From the IMG/VR virus record IMGVR_UViG_3300037756_000054, positions 1 to 60,897 of that record: 60,897 bases of DNA, one strand, 5' to 3'. Positions 54,030 through 60,897 of this stretch are shown here, in pieces. The notes below the pieces were generated by a model. The model did not search any database and was not told the origin of the DNA. It saw only the letters and a program-made list of their open reading frames with translations. Made by a program: the position numbers and the translations under genes. The number at the start of each line of letters is the position of its first letter. Position 1 is the stretch's first letter. The DNA comes from a virus. Taxonomy: Duplodnaviria; Caudoviricetes.

Positions 54030-55529
54030 TCAGGTAACGTTGAGCATCCTGAAAGCACCGTCCGAAACTGAATCGGCGCCTGTCCTGTACGACGCGAACC
54101 AGCCGCGCTGGCCAGAGGGCCGGTTGTTAGACGTGTGGAACAGGTGCGGAATGAACTCCACAGTCATACCAACACGGTCGGCGATGACGTAGTTGTTGAA
54201 GTTCCCGAACACGATGGTCCTGTTGTCCTGAGTGGCATTGATGACACCATCCATCGCCTCGGCCTCCAAAACCCGGCGGCCGATCAGACCATCAGGCAGA
54301 TCATTGCCGAGGGTTGTCCACAGCGCAGCACCACCGGCAGTATCGAACTGGCGGGTCGCGTTGTAGGTCTGGATGTTCGCCAGCCAGGTACCGCGGCGGC
54401 GGTGCTTGGCGGGAAGCCCACCATGCAGCGCATACATGTCCTCCAGAGCGAACACGTCGGTAGTAGCAGACGGGATCTCCGAGGCTGTTCCCGTCAGCGC
54501 GGTGACGATACCGGTGGGCTGGCCGGAGCCAGAACCAGTAATGAACGCCTCAGCTTCAAGGTCTTCTCGTCCCTCAGACAGCAGCTCAGCCACAGTCGCG
54601 GTGACGTTGGCTTCGTCCTGCATCGCCTGCATAGAGATCGGCACGAACCCGCGAGCAGTGTGGATCGGGATTGAAGGCTGAGCGAAGGCCGTCGAATCGT
54701 CCGACACCTCCGAACCCTCAGCGTCCCAGCTCCACGACACGGCACCCGAAGAAACACCGTTCCACACATCACCGGTAGCCACGACCATCCGAGCGACCTG
54801 CCGGATCTCCGACAGCATCCCATCAGAGGTAACGATGACGGTCGGATCCAGCTGGAACGGCACCAGGTAGCCGCCCTCGGAGTCGGTCAGCGACATGGCA
54901 CGGAACGCCTCCGCGGCCTGCCACGCGTTGCGCTCGTCGGGAGTGAACTCTGCGCCCTGAGGGTCGCGGGCTTTCTTCACCCACGCCCGCATGTACGCGG
55001 GGCTGGACGTGTGCAGGATCAACCGCGCGATGTACGAGTTGCGGTCGTCCCACCGCTCCAGGATCCGGGTACCGCCGGCGCGCACCGCGTCGTTGCAGCC
55101 AGGCATCTTCTCGATGGCCGACAGGGCACGGGCACGCAGCTCGCCGCCCACGTCTTCGGGGTCTCGCCCGAACGTACGCACTTCGGACAGGTTCCACGGG
55201 TCCCGGAACCGGCAGTCCTCAACCGAGTCAGGGTTGAGGATCGGGTCCAGGTCGTAGCCTTGGCCGCCGCTGACAGAGGCGCCGCGTTCCACCCGCAAAG
55301 CCAGCGATGCTGGCCCGCGTTCGGTGGTTTTGGTGGCCGACCGGACCCGCTCCAGCGCGGAGGTGCGCTCCAGCTGGCGACGGTGACCGTCGATTTGCGC
55401 GAATTCGCGAGTCAGCTCGTCGAACTGCTGCTCGTCCTCGGCGGTGAGGTCTTCCTTTTCGCCGAGCCGTTCCAGTTCAGCTTTAATATCCTTCAGGCGG
55501 ATAACAGCCTGAGGGTGCGAAAGTTCCAT
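54030..55529 (-). CDS. HK97-fold major capsid protein
   Basis: GGYLVP, W.AEG, G.G..QPTGI, FGNF..YVIADR. Confidence 0.95.
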   Translation of the reverse strand: MELSHPQAVIRLKDIKAELERLGEKEDLTAEDEQQFDELTREFAQIDGHRRQLERTSALERVRSATKTTERGPASLALRVERGASVSGGQGYDLDPILNPDSVEDCRFRDPWNLSEVRTFGRDPEDVGGELRARALSAIEKMPGCNDAVRAGGTRILERWDDRNSYIARLILHTSSPAYMRAWVKKARDPQGAEFTPDERNAWQAAEAFRAMSLTDSEGGYLVPFQLDPTVIVTSDGMLSEIRQVARMVVATGDVWNGVSSGAVSWSWDAEGSEVSDDSTAFAQPSIPIHTARGFVPISMQAMQDEANVTATVAELLSEGREDLEAEAFITGSGSGQPTGIVTALTGTASEIPSATTDVFALEDMYALHGGLPAKHRRRGTWLANIQTYNATRQFDTAGGAALWTTLGNDLPDGLIGRRVLEAEAMDGVINATQDNRTIVFGNFNNYVIADRVGMTVEFIPHLFHTSNNRPSGQRGWFASYRTGADSVSDGAFRMLNVT

Positions 55530-56474
55530 TTAAATGTCCTTTGTGATGGACGCAAGCTTTGTACCCATCAGCCCCGTGACTTCACGGATGTTGCTGCGGA
55601 GTTGCTTCACGTCGTCGGTATCGGTCATCGACGGGTGCCCATCACTAGGCGGCGCGTCGTCATCGTCCAACGAGTGCCCTGAAGGCGGCGCGTCATCAGA
55701 TGTCCTTGCGGGTTCAGGCGAGTGCTGTTGCAGCGGCTCGCCGGAAGTTTTAGTGCCAACCAGTGCGCACGCCACCTCGGCGCGCAGCTTCGGGTCGGCG
55801 AGGTCGTCAGCACCAGGCGGGACATCCATGGCTAGGGAACGTCGAATGTCGCGGCGTAGTTCAACGTCGCCGCGGATCGTCGACGCGAGGTCGCGTGCCC
55901 GCACACTCACCGAGGTTTCCTCGTAGGCGGGCCACACCACGGGCCCGGCTTCAGCGATCTTGACTTCCTTCAACGTCCGCTCCAAAGGTCCCCGGTCCCC
56001 GGCGTCCCACAGGAGGCGAGGAAGTTCTTCGGCTTTGATGAGCTTCCCGGCGTTGTCGCGCCACTCCTCACGCACCACAGAAAACCGGAAAGACATACCG
56101 TCGATGGCGCCTTCAGCGATCGCGTCGCGGATCGGCTGCACCAGCCAGTTATCCGTCAAACGGGCTTCAACATACAAGCCACGCGCGTCCTCTTTAATGG
56201 ACGTGAACCGGCCAATCGGGACAGACCCGATCAACGGATGCCTACCGTGATCAAACTGGAGCCGGGGTGTCCGTTCCCGAACCGATTTCCGGAAAGCACC
56301 TGGAGCGATCTTCTCGGAGAACGTTCCCTCCCACGAATCGATCTCGGTGGCGGCGTTGAACACCGCCGCATACCCCTCCAACGTCAACCCGTCAGAGCCT
56401 TCATCGGCGCGCACCAGATCGAAAGCGACACTGCGCTCCAGGTCGTCACGCGGTGGCGCGGTCAACATCGTCAT
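55530..56474 (-). CDS. HK97-family prohead protease
   Basis: LEGYAAVFN, FDHG, GMSFRF, E.GPVVWPAY. Confidence 0.93.
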   Translation of the reverse strand: MTMLTAPPRDDLERSVAFDLVRADEGSDGLTLEGYAAVFNAATEIDSWEGTFSEKIAPGAFRKSVRERTPRLQFDHGRHPLIGSVPIGRFTSIKEDARGLYVEARLTDNWLVQPIRDAIAEGAIDGMSFRFSVVREEWRDNAGKLIKAEELPRLLWDAGDRGPLERTLKEVKIAEAGPVVWPAYEETSVSVRARDLASTIRGDVELRRDIRRSLAMDVPPGADDLADPKLRAEVACALVGTKTSGEPLQQHSPEPARTSDDAPPSGHSLDDDDAPPSDGHPSMTDTDDVKQLRSNIREVTGLMGTKLASITKDI

Positions 56475-57910
56475 GCCGTTATCTCCTGTAGTTTCGGGCT
56501 CGCCTCGATAGGGATCCACCCCTTGGTCATCAGCTCGGCGGCCAACCGGACATCCGTCACCGTCATGGCCCGGATCGGTGTGGAATCGCCGGTGGTGCCG
56601 GGGGGCTGCAACTGCACCGACAACAGGCCGGTGTGCCGCAGCAGCGACCAGTCGTTGGCTTGAACCGAATCGGTAACCGACTGGGGTTCAAACCCGCCGT
56701 CGATGAGCTGCCGGATAGACGCGACTTCGCGGGCCTGAATCTCGGCGCGGTCTTTCTCGTCCTCGCGAAGGAACGGGATACCGCGGGTGTCCACAACAAG
56801 TTCGGCACCAGACGGTGCCCCTACGAGCCATTCCAGGGCCGCCGAGGCGAGCTCCCACAGCGGGTGGAGTGTCCGGTCGGCGAAGTTCCGGCGGGCCGCC
56901 GAATAGTTGCCCTGATTCAACGACGACCCATTCAAGCCTTCGGAGAATCCGACGATCACGGGCGGAACCCCTGCGGCACTAGCGATGCGGGTCTCTCCAG
57001 CGCCCTGGACTGCTTTGAAGTCGAGCTTTTTCAAATCGGAGCCGACGACCGTCGCGTCGGCGCCAGCACCCAAGTACAAGCGCTTGCCCGCGTTTTGAGG
57101 ACCAGAGTGGTTCGCGTCCAAAACGGACTTGAACCGTTTCATCTTGTCCTCTGACATTTCCGGGACTTTGATGATCATGTTGGGTGTCGCGCCGTGCTCC
57201 AAGTAAGACAGTTTGTGTGTCGTGAAAGCCTTGTCCGCGATGATCTCCCGAAGAACCGGGGTCAGCCACGTCATGCCCCGCCACTCGGCTGTCGGATCCG
57301 GGTTCGGCGCCCAATGGGCGATCTCGTCCAGCAGAAAAGGGACACCCTCACGGTCCCGGTTGCCGCCCTCGAAATAGAGGTACCCGATTTTCCGCCAACC
57401 GACCTGCCCAGCCGGTCCACGGTCAGTGACGATCCGGGGTTCCAGGACGATATCTACCCAGTCCGGGCGGAGACGAATAGTTTCGCCCTCGGTTTTCCAG
57501 CCATACCAGTTGCCGCACAAGTCGGCGTCATCGATCATCCGAGACAACAGGTTCGCTGTCACACCACCCGGGTACGGTTTCTCGATGGGGCGCAGACTCG
57601 TCGACCCGAACAGGCGCCCAACACCAATATCGCTGAAGTTGCGGTACTTGAATTTCGCCTGCATGAACACGGCCCGCCGGGCCTGCATACACGCGAACAC
57701 GATCCCGTTGGTTTTATAGATCGAGTTGACGTAACCCTCGAACGTATTCGGGGCTCTCTCCACATTGTTGTGAATGGTCTGCTGGACACCAGAAGTCGAA
57801 TAGCCGATCCCCTGAAACGTGAACTGTTCGACCATCGCCGCGTAGTCATCGATCGTCAGAATCTGACGTTCAGATTCACCGCTACCGAACAGATTGGACC
57901 AAAAACCCAC
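56471..57910 (-). CDS. portal protein
   Basis: HK97-type: LRPDWV, GATP, IASAAGVPPVIVG. Confidence 0.93.
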   Translation of the reverse strand: MGFWSNLFGSGESERQILTIDDYAAMVEQFTFQGIGYSTSGVQQTIHNNVERAPNTFEGYVNSIYKTNGIVFACMQARRAVFMQAKFKYRNFSDIGVGRLFGSTSLRPIEKPYPGGVTANLLSRMIDDADLCGNWYGWKTEGETIRLRPDWVDIVLEPRIVTDRGPAGQVGWRKIGYLYFEGGNRDREGVPFLLDEIAHWAPNPDPTAEWRGMTWLTPVLREIIADKAFTTHKLSYLEHGATPNMIIKVPEMSEDKMKRFKSVLDANHSGPQNAGKRLYLGAGADATVVGSDLKKLDFKAVQGAGETRIASAAGVPPVIVGFSEGLNGSSLNQGNYSAARRNFADRTLHPLWELASAALEWLVGAPSGAELVVDTRGIPFLREDEKDRAEIQAREVASIRQLIDGGFEPQSVTDSVQANDWSLLRHTGLLSVQLQPPGTTGDSTPIRAMTVTDVRLAAELMTKGWIPIEASPKLQEITA

Positions 57911-57919
57911 GGGAACCCC

Positions 57920-59545
57920 TCACATGTACAGAGCCCACGGCTCGGATTCCTCTTCAGGTATAAGTCCATTCTCGATAGCGAATGCCCTTGCCTCATGCGC
58001 AAGAACTGCCGCCACGGCACTGTCAATCAACATGCCGTCACCGCGTTTCGCCATTTTCATGTAGTGAGTCGCGATCTCGGATTCCTCGCCAGGCCGGAAC
58101 TTTTTCCGGTTGCCCTTCACCAAGACCGCGTTCTTCACATGCCTGGTAAGGACTTCCGACCCGTCGTGAGTAATCTCCCCAGACCCGAACGCCGTCGTAA
58201 ACCGTTCGATCGCTTTATCCATGCGCTGTTCAGTGTTGGTAGCGAACTCGACTACTTTGGTTTCACCGAACTCGCCAGACCATTTGTCTAGATAGTCCTG
58301 CCACCGCCAAGGGTCTGCGAACATTGTCGCTACCTTGTAGGCGCCGAATACGTCCCGGATTTTCCGGTCGACTTCTTTGGAGGGGACTCGCCATTCCTCG
58401 CTCGCGTTCTCAGGCCGCAGCCACACACCCAACTGGAACAGGCACCCATCGGACATGCGCGACGCAATCAGGGCAGTACCGTCCCGGTATTTCGCGCCGT
58501 CAAACCCCAGGGCGATAGCCTCTCCGGCCTCCAGGGGTTTCCAATCCTCGTCGCTGTCGGCCGGGCGAGCTTGCAGGTCCCATTGGGTCGGGTCCGCGAA
58601 AACGGACTCACCGACAACGATCTCGTTCAAAAAGAACCGGCGGCGGTCAGCCTCCAAATGCCGATGCGTTTGGACCTCGTGGAGGATGCGGCCTTTAACG
58701 TTCACCCAGCCGCCGCGTTCGCGGGCACTGTCACCATACTGGCGCAACAATTCCGGGTACAGTTCATCGACGTTTGTCAGGTCGGCGACACGCCTCGGTT
58801 CGATCGTGTCTACATAGATTCGCTCGTCACCAGCGTCAGCAGTGATCTGCGCTTCGGAGCCTTCCGACGGGTCCCACCCGTTCGTCAACTCCAGCCACCG
58901 GCCGTCCATACCGGCGACGTTGCGTTTCACCGCGCCGGCGACTTTCCGGTATCCGCCCTGCAACGTGAACAAATGAGATTCGGTCATCGTCAGGAACGTC
59001 ATCGGCGCGCCCAGCCGGGCCTTCGCTGATGTGGTGACCGGTTCGATCCGGCCACCGCGCGGTAGTTCGATCCGGGTCTGCCCGGCATCTACGCCAGGGA
59101 AGTCAACGATCGGGCCGCGGCGGATCATTTCCAGCAGGGGCCGCCACGTGTTGTCGGTCTGGTCCTCCGAGGTACCCAAGCACACAATCAGTGGTGTCGG
59201 GTACGGGGCACCCACCGGGTCACCGAACGAATCCCAACCATCAAACCGGGTCGGCCCGGACGCCTCGGCGCAAATCATTGCCGCACCAAACGGGTCCTTA
59301 CCCCATTTTTGGACCCTGCGTAGCTGCCCACCGGTATACCGAAGTGCGTCGGGGGCCGGCCACGCCGCAGCATGCGGGTACAACCGGTAATAGTGGACCA
59401 GGAACGTCCACATTTCGTCAGTCAACAGGTACGGGTGGCCCTGCCGGTACCCGTCAGGGATTACACAATGCTGTTCAATCCATTCACCGACCTGGTAACC
59501 CAAGGTCGGGAATTCATTCTCATAATCGGGGCCACGCCAAGGCAT
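57920..59545 (-). CDS. terL: terminase large subunit
   Basis: QKWGKDP Walker-A-like; LGFDG...DGTAL; IDSAVAAVLA. Confidence 0.93.
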   Translation of the reverse strand: MPWRGPDYENEFPTLGYQVGEWIEQHCVIPDGYRQGHPYLLTDEMWTFLVHYYRLYPHAAAWPAPDALRYTGGQLRRVQKWGKDPFGAAMICAEASGPTRFDGWDSFGDPVGAPYPTPLIVCLGTSEDQTDNTWRPLLEMIRRGPIVDFPGVDAGQTRIELPRGGRIEPVTTSAKARLGAPMTFLTMTESHLFTLQGGYRKVAGAVKRNVAGMDGRWLELTNGWDPSEGSEAQITADAGDERIYVDTIEPRRVADLTNVDELYPELLRQYGDSARERGGWVNVKGRILHEVQTHRHLEADRRRFFLNEIVVGESVFADPTQWDLQARPADSDEDWKPLEAGEAIALGFDGAKYRDGTALIASRMSDGCLFQLGVWLRPENASEEWRVPSKEVDRKIRDVFGAYKVATMFADPWRWQDYLDKWSGEFGETKVVEFATNTEQRMDKAIERFTTAFGSGEITHDGSEVLTRHVKNAVLVKGNRKKFRPGEESEIATHYMKMAKRGDGMLIDSAVAAVLAHEARAFAIENGLIPEEESEPWALYM

Positions 59546-59554
59546 ACCGCCTCC

Positions 59555-59968
59555 TCAGCCGACCGCGCGAATACGCTTCCGGACATCGTTGGCGTCACGT
59601 GCAGCCCTACGCTCCGCCAGTTCGTCCGGGGCGATCTCCCACAACAGGAGACGCATCGCCTTGGGTGTCAAACCGAGCCGGTCTTCCATCGCGGTCACTT
59701 GAGCGAGCAACGGCGGCGCCGCTTCGGGGTGTTCAGCCGCGACCATCCACCGGCAATACCGGGCGACAGTGCGGGTCCACCCCATGCGTTCCCAGATAGT
59801 CGCCTGTGGAATCGCCCAGAGTTCTTTCCAGGCTTTTTTCTCGTCAGCTGTAGCTGGTTGCGGCAGTGGCCACTTCGGTGCCGGACCGGTGCGCCCTTCG
59901 GAAGGAAGCTTCGTCATCCCGCGTCCACGGGAACCCCTCACGGGGTCAAGCTTCGGAGGATTCGGCAC
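59555..59968 (-). CDS. terS: terminase small subunit
   Basis: W.ELW..PQA..W; EDRLGLTPKAMRLL; upstream of terL. Confidence 0.85.
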   Translation of the reverse strand: MPNPPKLDPVRGSRGRGMTKLPSEGRTGPAPKWPLPQPATADEKKAWKELWAIPQATIWERMGWTRTVARYCRWMVAAEHPEAAPPLLAQVTAMEDRLGLTPKAMRLLLWEIAPDELAERRAARDANDVRKRIRAVG

Positions 59969-59971
59969 GCT

Positions 59972-60886
59972 TCACACCCCGCAATACCCGGAGCATTCGT
60001 TGCCCCACAAGTCAGTCTCAGCTGGGGTTTTCAACACCAGCGGCAAAGGTTTCCGCGAATGATGCACATACAGCGGATCTTCACGGTCACGAAGCTGCGC
60101 ATCGAATTCGACCGCATCAGCCCATTCAGCCGGAGCGTTATCCGCCATCTGCTGCCATTCGGAGGCCGACTTAAACGGACAGCCAATACAGCTCGACCTG
60201 GGAACATCATGCAATCCGCGTTCGGTCAGAAACTTCAGACAATCAGCCCGAGTCCACCGCATATCGATCAACGGATAAACGTGCTCGATATACTTCAAAG
60301 GAGACGGTTTCATTCGATACGTTTCCTCGAACGAAATCCCCAGCCACATTTCCACATTCAAACCATGCAAAGGTCCCGCGAGTTTCCGGACCGTCCGACG
60401 GATCGGATGGATCTTCCAATTCACGGTGCAGGACTGCCGCATCACCACAGGTTTACCGTCGTGATAACCAAAAACCGGCATCGGCACGAAATCACCAACA
60501 GCGTCATCCCGCAGAGCCCCAACAGTGACCCGCTCAAAACGAATACCAGCAGCAACCGCCAGTTTCTCCAGCCGGTCCACGTTGTCGTAGACGACCTGGC
60601 GTTCCCACTGAGTATCAGCGAAAACCACCACATCCAGTTTCGGCAGGAGGCCATGAATTGACATCAACAACAAAGCAGTCGACTGCTGGCCAGCGCCCAG
60701 CGAAAGAACCCGGAACGTACGTTCATCTATCGGTTTGCGGCGGATCGCCCGTGAATGCTCGCTGCGGCAACCAGGACATCGGGGAGGCAACGGGCCACGG
60801 GAAGCTTCAACATCGAATCCGGTTTCACAGTCGCAACAAACAGCTCGGCGGGACACGGCCACCCCCAATGTGGGAACTGACGACAT
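59972..60886 (-). CDS. PAPS-reductase-like (adenine nucleotide alpha hydrolase) protein with N-terminal Zn ribbon
   Basis: VLSLGAGQQS, FADTQWE, CT..WK, GIS.EE, YPL, SSCIGCPF, C-terminal ECSGYC. Confidence 0.8.
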   Translation of the reverse strand: MSSVPTLGVAVSRRAVCCDCETGFDVEASRGPLPPRCPGCRSEHSRAIRRKPIDERTFRVLSLGAGQQSTALLLMSIHGLLPKLDVVVFADTQWERQVVYDNVDRLEKLAVAAGIRFERVTVGALRDDAVGDFVPMPVFGYHDGKPVVMRQSCTVNWKIHPIRRTVRKLAGPLHGLNVEMWLGISFEETYRMKPSPLKYIEHVYPLIDMRWTRADCLKFLTERGLHDVPRSSCIGCPFKSASEWQQMADNAPAEWADAVEFDAQLRDREDPLYVHHSRKPLPLVLKTPAETDLWGNECSGYCGV

Positions 60887-60897
60887 TGCGAGTTCCA

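Larger units (their letters stand above)
1..60897 (-). mobile_element. Temperate siphovirus genome of an actinomycete (complete or nearly complete)
   Basis: Full module set (packaging, head, tail, lysis, integrase, repressor, replication) and no host housekeeping synteny. HNH at one end and terS/terL at the other, as in cos-type phages. Confidence 0.93.

Overview
This window looks like an essentially complete genome of a GC-rich temperate actinobacterial siphovirus. The host is probably a filamentous actinomycete (inference). Most genes lie on the - strand. Reading from the high-coordinate end: PAPS-reductase-like gene, terS, terL, portal, HK97 protease and capsid, neck and tail genes (with a -1 frameshifting chaperone and a PhoD-domain baseplate protein), lysis cassette, a self-contained Ro60/TROVE + three Y RNA operon, antirepressor, XRE/DUF397 pair, serine integrase, repressor/cro switch with 18-bp operators, recombination and replication genes (exonuclease, ERF, RusA-like, initiator, DnaB), two methyltransferase genes, tRNA-Leu(UAA), about 60 small early genes, and a terminal HNH. 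The most unusual signal is in the non-coding DNA of the early operons. There are four degenerate tRNA-like elements with intact acceptor stem and T-arm but non-canonical anticodon loops. They sit in a repeated 'stop - GC hairpin - A/C linker - SD - ATG' grammar, alongside a 144-nt multibranch RNA and a train of back-to-back hairpins. All protein calls come from motif recognition by eye; no database search was run. Some starts were moved from the ORF track to SD- or overlap-supported starts.
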